A stretch of 64,000 nucleotides of DNA, from the NCBI GenBank assembly GCA_964569575.1, contig CAZMTL010000001.1, positions 3,503-67,502 on the forward strand, in the 5' to 3' direction. This document shows positions 18,459-28,397 of this stretch, piece by piece. Under the pieces are notes generated by a model. It worked only from the letters and a program-made list of their open reading frames with translations, was not told the origin of the DNA and made no database searches. Source of the stretch: an uncultured Gammaproteobacteria bacterium (GTDB lineage: Bacteria > Patescibacteriota > Patescibacteriia > UBA9934). The position numbers and the translations under genes were made by a program. Every line of letters starts with the position of its first letter. Position 1 is the stretch's first letter.

Positions 18459-20196
18459 TACAACTCCATCAGTCGCACCAAAAACGGCTACTCCAAGCAT
18501 CTTTGGATTACTCAAGCCGTATTCCGGTTTAGTTATTTCGCTTGTCGCGCTTGCTATCTCGACAAACCTTCTTACATTGGTAGTCCCGAAATTGATTTCG
18601 CGCTCAATTGATACGTATATTCTTGGCACGTTTTCGCTTCAATCGACTATTGTTGTCTTTTCTGTCGTTGCGCTTGCGATCTTTTTTCTTACTTACGCTC
18701 AAAACGTTTTACAAACCTATGCTTCCGAAAAAGTTGCACGTGATTTGCGGAATACGCTTTCGGCGAAGATTTCGAATCAATCTTACGCGTCGATTCAACA
18801 AATAACTCCTTCTGCGTTGTTAACGAACCTTACTTCGGACATCGACGGGATTAAGCTGTTTGTTTCGCAGGCGATTGTGTCGCTTATTTCGTCTGCGTTA
18901 CTTGTACTCGGGTCTGGAATCATTCTCCTTTCAATTAACTGGAAACTCGCACTACCGGTTTTGGCGATTTTTCCGATCATTATGATTACGTTCTTTACCG
19001 TGCTTGCAAAGGTGCGCGTTCAATTTACGCGTGCGCAGGCGGTGATTGATCGTCTTAATAGCGTGATTAGCGAAAGTATTCTTGGGTCTGCGCTTATTCG
19101 TGTGCTTAATTCTCAGCATCCGGAATACGCTAAATTCCTTTCTGCTAATGGCGAAGCGCGCGACATCGGACTGACTATTTTACGATTCTTTGCCCTGTTG
19201 ATTCCAATTATTTCTTTTGTCGCAAACCTCGGCATGCTGATCATTCTAACGCTTGGAGGAAAGTTTGTGATCGACGGGAATATGACGCTAGGAGATTTTG
19301 CTGCGTTTTCTAGTTACGTTACATTAATGATTTTCCCTATCTTTGTTCTTGGATTTATGAGTAACGTTATCGCGCGTGCGACGGCTTCGTATGCCAGAAT
19401 TAACGAAGTATTATTGAAAAAAGATGAAGACGAATTTGGGAAAGACACGTCTCCGCTTCAGGGTTCGGTGAAAATTGATGCTGTTCAGCTTTCCTTTGAA
19501 GAGAGGCCTGCGCTTCGCAATATTTCTCTCGAATTGAAGCCTGGAACGAAAACGGCGATTATCGGTCCAACAGCTGCTGGAAAAACTCAGCTACTCCATC
19601 TACTTACTGGTTTGGTTCGTCCGGATTCTGGAGTGATTTTATACGATCATAAACCCTTGGCAGACTTCGAATTAACCTCACTGCACGAACAAATTGGGTT
19701 TGTGTTTCAGGATAGCGTTCTTTTCAACCTAACTATTCGTGAAAATATTGCGTTCAACACTTCTGTAACTGAAGAGAATCTACAAAAGGCCATAGATGCG
19801 GCTGAGCTGCGAGAATTTGTAAATGCATTGCCGGATGGACTAGAGACGATTGTTTCTGAACGCGGACTGAGCCTTTCAGGCGGACAGAAGCAGCGTATTA
19901 TGCTTGCCCGTGCCCTGTCGCTTAATCCAAAAATTCTTCTACTCGACGATTTTACAGCTCGAGTTGATGCGCAGACTGAAGCGGCTATCTTGAGTAATGT
20001 CGAGCGTCTTTACCCTGGCATCACTCTTCTTTCTGTGACGCAAAAGATTTCTTCCGTACTCCTTTACGATCAAATCATTTTGTTGATGGAAGGCGAAGTG
20101 GTTGCGCGCGGAACGCACGAAGACCTGTTGAAGACATCGCCAGAATACAACCAAATTTATCAAACGCAACGAAGTACCAATACGTATGAACTATAA
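18448..20196 (+). CDS. ABC exporter, fused permease-ATPase (MsbA/multidrug type), subunit 1
   Basis: Six N-terminal TM helices. Walker A GPTAAGKT, signature LSGGQKQR, Walker B LLLDD. Start taken at ATG 18448, overlapping the MarR stop. Confidence 0.85.
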   Translation: MKNNTTPSVAPKTATPSIFGLLKPYSGLVISLVALAISTNLLTLVVPKLISRSIDTYILGTFSLQSTIVVFSVVALAIFFLTYAQNVLQTYASEKVARDLRNTLSAKISNQSYASIQQITPSALLTNLTSDIDGIKLFVSQAIVSLISSALLVLGSGIILLSINWKLALPVLAIFPIIMITFFTVLAKVRVQFTRAQAVIDRLNSVISESILGSALIRVLNSQHPEYAKFLSANGEARDIGLTILRFFALLIPIISFVANLGMLIILTLGGKFVIDGNMTLGDFAAFSSYVTLMIFPIFVLGFMSNVIARATASYARINEVLLKKDEDEFGKDTSPLQGSVKIDAVQLSFEERPALRNISLELKPGTKTAIIGPTAAGKTQLLHLLTGLVRPDSGVILYDHKPLADFELTSLHEQIGFVFQDSVLFNLTIRENIAFNTSVTEENLQKAIDAAELREFVNALPDGLETIVSERGLSLSGGQKQRIMLARALSLNPKILLLDDFTARVDAQTEAAILSNVERLYPGITLLSVTQKISSVLLYDQIILLMEGEVVARGTHEDLLKTSPEYNQIYQTQRSTNTYEL

Positions 20197-21946
20197 TCTA
20201 CAAAAATCAGATACCGACCTTTCTTCCATTCCGGTTTGGCGTGGACTAAAGAACTTTGTTCCGTTGCTTGCTGGTGAAAAGTGGAAATTGGTTGTTTCGC
20301 TGTTCGCCATCTTCGTGAACTCTGGTTTGAATTTGGTCGCTCCTATTCTTATTGGGTACACCATCGACACGTACATTGTTTCGCTCGATTTTAACGGCGT
20401 CCTTCTGTTTTCGGGAATCCTGCTCGCGATCTATGCCGTTGCTTCGCTTGCAAGCTATGTCCAGACAATTGTGATGGGTGCGGTTAGTCAGCGTTTGTTG
20501 TTCAGTTTGCGAAATGTGATCTTTTCGAAGCTGCAAGAACTTCCAGTGGCATTTTTTAACGAGAACAAGGCTGGTGATTTGATTTCGCGTATTAATAACG
20601 ATACGGAAAAGTTGAATCAATTCTTTTCGCAGGCATTGATGCAATTTGTTGGAAATTTGTTCATGATTATTGGAACGGGCATTGCTGTCATCATCATTAA
20701 TCCACGACTTGGACTTGCGGCGCTTGCGCCAGCAGTGTTCCTTCTCGTTCTGACGCGAATTGTGTCTTCTTGGATTCAACGAAAGAATAAGAAAAGCTTG
20801 CAGTCGCTTGGAAGTTTGAGCGCGAACATTCAGGAAAGTTTGAATAACTTCAAAGTCATTATTGCATTTCATCGACAAGATTATTTCCGCACACGTTTCC
20901 AAGAAGTGAACGAGAAGAACTATAAGGCATCGTTAACAGCTGGGATAGCAAATACGATTTTTACGCCAATCTATGGTCTTTGTTCAAATATCGCGCTTCT
21001 GATCGTGATCGCCTACGGAACGCACTTGATTAGTCGTGATCTTTTAACGATTGGTTTGCTGATCAGTTTTATTACGTATGTAAATCGTTTTTATGACCCC
21101 CTTCGCCACCTAGCGTCGCTGTGGGCGTCTTTTCAAGGCGCTCTTGCCGGATGGGATCGTATTACCGAAATTCTTTCACTACACACAACTCTTAAAACGG
21201 TCGATGCGGATGGATCAGCGAAATCTACCGCACTTCTCGAATTCCGAAATGTGGATTTTGGTTACCAGAACGGCAAGTCTGTTTTGAGCAACATTAATCT
21301 TTCTCTCGAGGCCGGAAAAACCTACGCACTTGTTGGCCCAACGGGAGGAGGGAAAACAACTACTGCTTCACTTATGGCGCGCTTGTACGATCCGACAGAA
21401 GGGACTGTGTTCTTTCAAGGAAAAGATTTGCGTTCGTACTCTGCCGAAGAACGTTCACAGAAAATTGGATTTATTCTTCAGGAACCATTTCTGTTTTCGG
21501 GAACAGTGCACGAAAATCTTCTCTACGGAAATGAGGAGTTGAAAGACTACAGCGAATCGGAGTTGAAAACATTGCTCGACGAGAAGCAACTCACTTCCCT
21601 GCTTTCGCGATTCGATCAAGGCTTGAGTACTACCATCTCTTCCAACGGAGAAGCAATCAGCCTTGGCCAACGACAATTACTCGCCTTTATCCGCGCCGTA
21701 TTGCGCAAGCCGGATCTTCTTATTCTCGACGAAGCGACAGCGAACATCGACACCGTCACAGAACAGCTACTCGAACTCGCCCTGCGCGCCCTTCCGAAGA
21801 CGACTACACGTGTGATTATCGCCCACAGATTAAATACGATCGAAAACGCGGATCAGATTTTCTTTGTGAATAGCGGGTCAATCACCCTCGCCGGATCAAT
21901 GGAGCATGCGGTTGATCTATTACTACACCAGTCAAAGAATAGCTAG
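20186..21946 (+). CDS. ABC exporter, fused permease-ATPase, subunit 2 (heterodimer partner)
   Basis: 586 aa. Walker A GPTGGGKTT, signature-like LSLGQRQL, Walker B LILDEAT. Overlaps the upstream gene by 11 nt. Confidence 0.85.
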   Translation: MNYNLQKSDTDLSSIPVWRGLKNFVPLLAGEKWKLVVSLFAIFVNSGLNLVAPILIGYTIDTYIVSLDFNGVLLFSGILLAIYAVASLASYVQTIVMGAVSQRLLFSLRNVIFSKLQELPVAFFNENKAGDLISRINNDTEKLNQFFSQALMQFVGNLFMIIGTGIAVIIINPRLGLAALAPAVFLLVLTRIVSSWIQRKNKKSLQSLGSLSANIQESLNNFKVIIAFHRQDYFRTRFQEVNEKNYKASLTAGIANTIFTPIYGLCSNIALLIVIAYGTHLISRDLLTIGLLISFITYVNRFYDPLRHLASLWASFQGALAGWDRITEILSLHTTLKTVDADGSAKSTALLEFRNVDFGYQNGKSVLSNINLSLEAGKTYALVGPTGGGKTTTASLMARLYDPTEGTVFFQGKDLRSYSAEERSQKIGFILQEPFLFSGTVHENLLYGNEELKDYSESELKTLLDEKQLTSLLSRFDQGLSTTISSNGEAISLGQRQLLAFIRAVLRKPDLLILDEATANIDTVTEQLLELALRALPKTTTRVIIAHRLNTIENADQIFFVNSGSITLAGSMEHAVDLLLHQSKNS

Positions 21947-21984
21947 TTAAAACACTCCGCCTTTATGGTGGAGTGTTTTTTTGG

Positions 21985-22215
21985 AACCGAGGTTCGTTAT
22001 CGATTGACGCTCGACTTTCGCCGAGAGATCTCTCGAGAATGCTCAAGACGAAATATTGCCGCGCTTCGCTCGCAATGACAAGGTCGAAGTGCGCAACATG
22101 TCTCTCGCCGCTAACCACCCCTAGCCCCTCCTTGAAAAGGAGGGGGAAGCGCGTACGAAAAGCGATAGATCCCGGGTCGGAGCCCGGGATGACGAGGATT
22201 TGGCAATGCGCTATA
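21985..22215. repeat. Composite intergenic block of palindromic repeats (families D cgccgagagatctctc, A-variant cccctccttgaaaaggaggggg, and B gatcccgggtcggagcccgggatgacg)
   Basis: Shares about 40-bp blocks with 56920..57195. The ORF-track hit 21973..22233 is a translation of these repeats. Confidence 0.6.
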
Positions 22216-22243
22216 CTGAATTATATTCACTAACTTTCATTTT

Positions 22244-22702
22244 ATGAAACCACATGACGTGATCATTGCCCTGCTTGTGCTTCTTTTGATTATTTCGGGC
22301 GCTCAACTTGCTCTTTCGCTTTCTGATCGGCCTGATCTTTTGAATAACGTGAATTCGAACCAAGATTCTGAAGATGTTTCAGCGCAAATCGATGGACAAA
22401 GTTACACGCTTGTTGCGCACAATGATACTGAAATTCCACGATCGGGTAACCATCAGCTTTTGTTCGAAGATGGACGTGTTTCACTTCGACTTTGCAACAC
22501 GCCTTCGGGAGAATATACGGTGACCGGCGACCGCGTTCAAGGCATGTTGATTTCTACGTTAATGTACTGCGAAGATCCGGCTTATTTGATGTCGGCAGAG
22601 ATTGCTTTTGGCGAGATGCTGGATGCAGGCGCGACGGTTTCTTGGGAAGGTGAAACGTTGGTGCTCAAACAAGGTGAGCATACGATGAAATTCGAGAAAT
22701 AA
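22244..22702 (+). CDS. META/HslJ-like domain secreted protein
   Basis: Signal anchor, then LRLCNTPSGEYTVTGDRV....LMYC...AFGEML......WEGETLVLK, which matches the META domain pattern. A terminator follows. Confidence 0.5.
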   Translation: MKPHDVIIALLVLLLIISGAQLALSLSDRPDLLNNVNSNQDSEDVSAQIDGQSYTLVAHNDTEIPRSGNHQLLFEDGRVSLRLCNTPSGEYTVTGDRVQGMLISTLMYCEDPAYLMSAEIAFGEMLDAGATVSWEGETLVLKQGEHTMKFEK

Positions 22703-22706
22703 CGAA

Positions 22707-22737
22707 AAGGTCCCGCAAATGCGGGATTTTTTCTTTG
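22707..22737 (+). terminator. Rho-independent terminator (tcccgcaaatgcggga plus T-run)
   Basis: Directly after the META-like gene. Confidence 0.65.
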
Positions 22738-22783
22738 AATATTAAAATTTTGTTTACAATTAGCCAAAATTCTGCTAGATTGG

Positions 22784-23698
22784 ATGGCTATGAAGATACT
22801 TACCATCGGCTTCAGTAAAGCTGTCTATATTTACGAAAACGTACGCGATGAAGCGGTGCGCAGAGGTCATACATTCGAATCACGCTCGGTGCGTTCAGTT
22901 AACTCTTCGATGGGTTCGGAAAACGTGCAATTTCGTGCAGCTGAATTGGATATGTCGGAGTTTGATCTTATTCATGTCGGATCACTCGAGCGCAACCGGT
23001 GGTCTACCATGACGGCGCTTGGATACCTACGCAAAAATCACAATTGCACCATTGTTGATGGTCGACTTGTAAACACGTACCAGGATGAGCTTTCGGCGCT
23101 TAATCGGTACCTCCTTCAACACGAGAACGGTATTCGATTTCCATTCTCGGTTTCATTTAAAGACACTGGTTCGATCGCAGATTTGCTTCCCTCGCTACAA
23201 TTCCCCGTTGTTGTAAAAACGAGCGACAGCAAAAAAGGACGCGGCGTTTATTTGGCGAAAGACTTTGATGCTGTGTGTGATTTTGTAAAAGAACAGAACC
23301 TTCGTGATCCAAATATTGGCTTTATTCTTCGTGAATTTATTCCAAATGATGGAGACTTCCGAGTGAATGTGATTGACGGACGCGCGATTGGCACATTGAA
23401 ACGCACGCCTCAAAAGGGCGAGTTTCGCGCGAACGCTTCACTTGGCGGCACGATGACCAATGCTTCGGATGCGGAACGAGCGATTGTCGACGATGTCGCT
23501 GTAAAGATTGCAGGGCTTGGAAAGTATGACATTGCTGGCGTGGATGTGATGATTCACAAACATACGTGTCAACCGTACATTCTGGAAGTTAATCGTGCGC
23601 CCGGTGCACTGGAAGAAGATGCGGAAATTACGGGAGTTGATTTTGCAAAGTTGATTGTCGATTTGTACGAAAAACGATTTGAAGCAAATCAGAAATAA
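22784..23698 (+). CDS. RimK-family ATP-grasp ligase (alpha-L-glutamate ligase-like)
   Basis: 304 aa. Segment FPVVVKTSDSKKGRGVYLAKD.....EFIPNDG.DFRVNVIDGRAIG..KR....EFRAN.SLGG matches the ATP-grasp RimK pattern. Confidence 0.7.
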   Translation: MAMKILTIGFSKAVYIYENVRDEAVRRGHTFESRSVRSVNSSMGSENVQFRAAELDMSEFDLIHVGSLERNRWSTMTALGYLRKNHNCTIVDGRLVNTYQDELSALNRYLLQHENGIRFPFSVSFKDTGSIADLLPSLQFPVVVKTSDSKKGRGVYLAKDFDAVCDFVKEQNLRDPNIGFILREFIPNDGDFRVNVIDGRAIGTLKRTPQKGEFRANASLGGTMTNASDAERAIVDDVAVKIAGLGKYDIAGVDVMIHKHTCQPYILEVNRAPGALEEDAEITGVDFAKLIVDLYEKRFEANQK

Positions 23699-23700
23699 AA

Positions 23701-23731
23701 AAAGAGACCTCGATGAGGTCTCTTTTTTTTC
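23701..23731. terminator. Terminator hairpin (agagacctcgatgaggtctct) flanked by an A-run and a T8 run
   Basis: Downstream of the RimK-like gene. Confidence 0.65.
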
Positions 23732-23964
23732 TATTTCAGGATATCTCCCCGAATCACTCGGATCAACAGTACAATGATCGCAATGACGAGCAAGATGTGA
23801 ATGAAATTTCCTAACACATCGAAGGCGATAAAGCCTAGTAGCCAAAGAATAAATAACACGGCCGCGATAATGTAAAGCATAAATTGATCTTTATGAATTA
23901 TCTTCTAATGGTAGCGGATTTTTGCGAATGTAACAATAGAGTTCGGATAATTTCTCTTCTAAGA

Positions 23965-24255
23965 TCAAACCTCCTCGCCCTCTGCCCACGCCTTTAATGT
24001 TTTGTAGTCGGTTGCTCCGCAGATGAATTGATTTGATTCTGTGTTGATGAAAAATGGGACGCCGCCGCACATGCCTTTGTCGAGCTCTTTCATCGCTTCT
24101 GCGTTTGATGGATCATTCCAGACTTCGCGTTTTTCTATTTCGATTCCTAATTCTTTTTCTAACCGTTCCACCTTTGGCTTCATCGCGATGCAATGCGGGC
24201 AAGTTTCGCCGTAGAATTCCATGAGTGCCATATTGAGCAATTTAATCTTTAACAA
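23965..24255 (-). CDS. Thioredoxin-fold protein (glutaredoxin-like, CPHC active site)
   Basis: 96 aa. EFYGETCPHCIAMKP followed by a GGVPFF-type cis-Pro region. Confidence 0.55.
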   Translation of the reverse strand: MLKIKLLNMALMEFYGETCPHCIAMKPKVERLEKELGIEIEKREVWNDPSNAEAMKELDKGMCGGVPFFINTESNQFICGATDYKTLKAWAEGEEV

Positions 24256-24260
24256 ACATC

Positions 24261-24875
24261 GTGTACTATAGACACATGTACAGACATTATAACATATTTT
24301 TAGCCGTTTTTATTGGGATGTTGGGTGTATTACTTCTTGTTGCTCATCATTTCTCTGCCCCATGGGCGGGAGGTGATGGATTTTCGGAGCCTGTGGAAGT
24401 TGTTGTAGAACACCCGACTGGAAATGAGCTCTTTAGACGTGGCGACGTTATCAGCACGCTTCCACAATCACCTCTGCTCGAACGTCATTCCACTCCCCTG
24501 CCCGTTCGTTTCGATGAAACGATTATTTGGATGGATTCTGGAACAGAACTTCGGATTATTGAATCGAGTACAAAGCGTATTGAAGTCCAAGTCATTCAAG
24601 GACGTGTGGTTGTTGATGGTACTGCTCAAATTTCGACCCGCGATGTAAAAACCGACATTAATGGCGTCGCTAGTTTTGTTCATTATTCGTGGTTGAACGA
24701 AATTGATGTTGCCGGAATCGAAGGATCAACGATCGTACGTTTTGAAGAAACGAGCTTGGATCTTTCAGATCATGCCACGAAGATTTCGACACTTCCACCG
24801 TACACGCAGACCGAACTTGAGTTTGATCCAGCAAGCTCTTCTGCGAGCGAGTTTTATTTGGAAGTGTTGAGATAA
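24261..24875 (+). CDS. Hypothetical membrane-anchored protein
   Basis: 204 aa with an N-terminal TM helix and beta-rich remainder. No known motif. Confidence 0.35.
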   Translation: MYYRHMYRHYNIFLAVFIGMLGVLLLVAHHFSAPWAGGDGFSEPVEVVVEHPTGNELFRRGDVISTLPQSPLLERHSTPLPVRFDETIIWMDSGTELRIIESSTKRIEVQVIQGRVVVDGTAQISTRDVKTDINGVASFVHYSWLNEIDVAGIEGSTIVRFEETSLDLSDHATKISTLPPYTQTELEFDPASSSASEFYLEVLR

Positions 24876-24928
24876 TAAACACTTTTACTGTTATAAAAAT
24901 CACCCAAATTGCTTGAGTGATTTTTATT

Positions 24929-26305
24929 TTATACCTCAAACTCCTGCTGCACTTCTGGGATAATAATCGTACTTCCCTTGATTCGTTCTTCTAAGAATAT
25001 TTTGAAGTTTTTCTTCGTTTCGGTATCGCCGTGGACGAGGAAGATTTGTTTGGCTGGGGCTTTTTCCGGTTGGAGCCATTTTGCTAGCTTGTTGCGGTCG
25101 GCATGGGCGGAGAAGGCGCTGATTTTTTTAATTTCTGCTTTTACTTCCACTGTTTGATCGTAAATTTTCACCTGCTTTGCGCCGTCTTCGATTTGTCGTC
25201 CTAGCGTTTCTTCTGCTTGGTAGCCGATGATGAGAACGCCGTTCTTTTCGTCGCTCAGGTACCTCAACAAATGATGCATGACGCGCCCACCGGTCATCAT
25301 GCCGCTGCCGGCGATGATGATTTTTGGACTGTGGTCGTCGTTGATTCTTTTCGATTCGTCGCGTGAAAGGGTTTCACGAAGGCCGCGGAACGAAAAGAAA
25401 TCCATGTCTTTGCTGGCGTGGATTTTGCGGTCGAAGCGTAGATAGTGCTTGAAATCTCGATAGATTCCTGTGGCACGAATCGCGAGCGGGCTGTCGAGGT
25501 AAATTGATACAAGAGGGATTTCGCCTTGGTCAATCAGCTGGTCGATTTCGTAAAGTAGTTCTTGCGTTCGCTCGATCGAAAAGGCTGGAATAATCAGCGT
25601 ACCCCTTCGATTAATCACTTTGTTTACCATTTCTTTCAACCCTGCTTGTCGTGCTTCGACGGGTTCGTGATCGCGATCGCCGTAGGTTGATTCTGTCACA
25701 ATAACGTCAGCATGACTGATTTCTTCTGTCTTTGGAAGAATCGGCACATCTTCGTTTCCGACATCACCTGTAAAAACAATACGCTTCGCCGTTCCGTCTT
25801 TTGTCAGTTCGGCATCTACATCAACTGTAATGAACGCTGATCCTAGAATGTGACCAGCGTCGTGGAAAAGTATTCTTACTCCTTTGATCGGCTCGATTTG
25901 CGTGTGATAACCGATGCCTTCGGTGTTCGCGAACATCTTTGTCAGATCAGCTTCTTGATAAAGCACCGGGTCGCCGCATTTTTTCGCGTTTTCGCCCATC
26001 ACGTGCAGCGCGTCTTCGAGCACGATACGCGAAAGCGCTTTCGCTGGCGCTGTCATGAAGACTTTTCCGGTAAATCCTCGTTTGAAGAGCAGTGGGATTC
26101 GACCCGTGTGGTCGAAGTGCGCATGTGTTACGCAGACGGCGGTAATTTCTTTGGCATCAAATCCAAAGTCTTCAAAGTTGGTTGTACTGCACATGCGCTC
26201 ACCTTGATACATTCCGCAGTCGATCAATATTTTTCCCTGTTCGGTTTCTAATAAAAAACAAGAGCCTGTCACGCCCTTGATTCCTCCATGAAATGACAAT
26301 TTCAT
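24929..26305 (-). CDS. Metallo-beta-lactamase-fold beta-CASP ribonuclease (RNase J/CPSF-like)
   Basis: 458 aa. HxHxDH motif (VTHAHFDHTGRIP), a downstream HDAGHILG, and the beta-CASP region. Confidence 0.75.
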   Translation of the reverse strand: MKLSFHGGIKGVTGSCFLLETEQGKILIDCGMYQGERMCSTTNFEDFGFDAKEITAVCVTHAHFDHTGRIPLLFKRGFTGKVFMTAPAKALSRIVLEDALHVMGENAKKCGDPVLYQEADLTKMFANTEGIGYHTQIEPIKGVRILFHDAGHILGSAFITVDVDAELTKDGTAKRIVFTGDVGNEDVPILPKTEEISHADVIVTESTYGDRDHEPVEARQAGLKEMVNKVINRRGTLIIPAFSIERTQELLYEIDQLIDQGEIPLVSIYLDSPLAIRATGIYRDFKHYLRFDRKIHASKDMDFFSFRGLRETLSRDESKRINDDHSPKIIIAGSGMMTGGRVMHHLLRYLSDEKNGVLIIGYQAEETLGRQIEDGAKQVKIYDQTVEVKAEIKKISAFSAHADRNKLAKWLQPEKAPAKQIFLVHGDTETKKNFKIFLEERIKGSTIIIPEVQQEFEV

Positions 26306-26306
26306 A

Positions 26307-26540
26307 CTAAACAGCCTTTTCGTTCAAAGCCACTTCGTAGTCTGGCCATCTGTTTTGTAAAGCCGAGATAAGATTCTCTAGATTCTGGTCGTCGTCCAGT
26401 TCCGCCACGCGACGGTGATCTTCTACGACCTGTTCTACCATTTCGTTATATGCCTCTTGATTGTTCACGCCTTCCGCCAGAGAAACTTCAACGACTTCTT
26501 CGTAGAGTTCTTGTGCTGAAATGTTCATTCCTTCCTCCAT
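26307..26540 (-). CDS. Small acidic hypothetical protein
   Basis: 77 aa. The stop is adjacent to the start of the MBL gene. Confidence 0.3.
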   Translation of the reverse strand: MEEGMNISAQELYEEVVEVSLAEGVNNQEAYNEMVEQVVEDHRRVAELDDDQNLENLISALQNRWPDYEVALNEKAV

Positions 26541-26546
26541 ATTCGT

Positions 26547-27008
26547 TTAGCTTTTGTTTTTTAAGTAGTTCAATCCAAATACAGCAATATTCACCAGTAC
26601 AGTTGCAAGCAACGAAGCAAGACAGATCATGCACCAGGTGAAAAGTACGAATGCTTCGATATAGGTAAGATACAAGCTGAAGAGCATTGAAAACACTGCA
26701 CCAAAGATCATGACTTGCATCAATAGTTCACTTGGTCGTTTTGCGTAGACTAGAGCCGACAAGAAGAAGAATACGTACGCGAAGATTCCGAGAAGCGCTA
26801 CAGGAATTCCTAGAATTTTTGAGTATTTACTTTTATTTACTAGATCGCAGTCGAATGTGTCGCTTACGCTACAAAACTCTGTAGACGTCACGTCGTAGTG
26901 AGCTAGCAACGCATACACAGAAGCAACGACTCCTAGAATCGCTGCTCCTGCTAATAACGAAATAAATCCGGTTCGCCATTTATTCATACTTATTGTGGTA
27001 ATTCGCAT
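26547..27008 (-). CDS. Vitamin K epoxide reductase (VKOR) family membrane protein
   Basis: 153 aa. CSVSDTFDCDLV, then YSKILGIPVALLG and CMIC (CxxC) in the last TM, which is the VKOR pattern. Confidence 0.65.
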   Translation of the reverse strand: MRITTISMNKWRTGFISLLAGAAILGVVASVYALLAHYDVTSTEFCSVSDTFDCDLVNKSKYSKILGIPVALLGIFAYVFFFLSALVYAKRPSELLMQVMIFGAVFSMLFSLYLTYIEAFVLFTWCMICLASLLATVLVNIAVFGLNYLKNKS

Positions 27009-27367
27009 CCGTACCGTTCAGAAAGCTGTGCGAGTGTTTGTGTTCCTGTTGTTCGTGTTCCATCCGCATCTTCCCACGTTGGAGTGCTTTGAATGTCTGG
27101 GCAGAGATCGAATGTGCGTGATCCTTGTGAAGAACATTCTACATAATCAATATGTCTAAATGCGCTACCAAACATCTCTTCCTGATCTTGGCAGTGAGGG
27201 CACCAATATGCACCGTACATCTTTCCACCTGCGTCATCGATACATTGAGCAAATTCGTCGTACTTAGAAGGGGCGTTATTTTTGATCACCGCAACGGCGA
27301 TTAGCGCGATAAATACACCTAGCGCAAGAAGTAGCATCAGAAGCGTAGAATTCTTTCTCATAATCAA
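26990..27367 (-). CDS. Periplasmic/extracytoplasmic thioredoxin-like protein (WCPHC); likely redox partner of VKOR
   Basis: 125 aa. Signal anchor, then GAYWCPHCQDQ. Overlaps the VKOR start. Confidence 0.55.
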   Translation of the reverse strand: MIMRKNSTLLMLLLALGVFIALIAVAVIKNNAPSKYDEFAQCIDDAGGKMYGAYWCPHCQDQEEMFGSAFRHIDYVECSSQGSRTFDLCPDIQSTPTWEDADGTRTTGTQTLAQLSERYGCELPQ

Positions 27368-27446
27368 TATAGGTAAATAGTAGGTCTATTATACGCATCT
27401 AAGATCAAATTGACAACCGCTGTTTTTTCTGCGATACTTGGCGCTT

Positions 27447-28397
27447 ATGTTACTTGATTGGAAACAAGAAAAACGACCTATTATTGCTCTCTCACCCATG
27501 GCAGACATGACCGATTCTTCGTTTTGCCAAATTGTGAAATCGGTGGCGTCACCAATCGTTTTCCGCGAAATGGTTTCGGCGGAAGCGGTTGTGCGCGGAA
27601 ACGAAAAAACTATCGAGATGACCGATATTCACGAAGCGGAACGGCCACTAGTACAGCAGATTTTTGGTGCGCGTCCGAGCACGATGGCAGAAGCTGCGCG
27701 AATTATTGAAGAACAGCATCACCCGGAAGGCATCGATATCAACATGGGTTGTCCGGTGTATAAAATCACTTCAAACTTTAACGGCTCGGCATTGATGAAA
27801 GATCCTGTTACTGCCACAAAAATCGTGCGCGAGATGAAAGCCGCGATCACTGTTCCACTTTCAGTGAAAATTCGTGCTGGATGGTCGCAGTACGATGAAT
27901 GTGTTGAATTTTCCAAACGACTGGAAGATGCCGGAGCGGACTTGATTACCGTTCATGGACGAACAAAAGAACAGGGTTATGCCGGACTTTCGAATAAAGC
28001 GGCTGTCGCCGAAGTGAAGAAAGCCGTTTCTATTCCTGTTTTGTACAACGGTGATGTGTTTACTTGGCAAGATTTTTTTAGCTCACTCGACGTTACCGGG
28101 TGCGATGGAGTTTTGATTGCACGTGGAGCACTTGGGAATCCATGGATTTTCGAACAGATCGAATCGAAGCTTGCAGGCAAGGAACCGCGAGAAATTACAC
28201 TTGCAGAGCGAGTCGATGTCGCGCTGAAGCATTTTGATCTTCATTTACAGCAATACGGACAGGACAAGGTTGCTACGTTCCGCAAGCATCTTTCTTGGTA
28301 CTTTAAAGGACAGCCACATTTTAAACAGTATCGCGAAAAGTTGATGACAGCTCCCGACCGCGCAACTGTGGAGGCGATTTTACGAAGCGTCGTGTAA
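27447..28397 (+). CDS. dus: tRNA-dihydrouridine synthase
   Basis: SPMADMTD, NMGCPV and KIRAGW motifs. Start set at ATG 27447 (ORF track starts at TTG 27438). Confidence 0.8.
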   Translation: MLLDWKQEKRPIIALSPMADMTDSSFCQIVKSVASPIVFREMVSAEAVVRGNEKTIEMTDIHEAERPLVQQIFGARPSTMAEAARIIEEQHHPEGIDINMGCPVYKITSNFNGSALMKDPVTATKIVREMKAAITVPLSVKIRAGWSQYDECVEFSKRLEDAGADLITVHGRTKEQGYAGLSNKAAVAEVKKAVSIPVLYNGDVFTWQDFFSSLDVTGCDGVLIARGALGNPWIFEQIESKLAGKEPREITLAERVDVALKHFDLHLQQYGQDKVATFRKHLSWYFKGQPHFKQYREKLMTAPDRATVEAILRSVV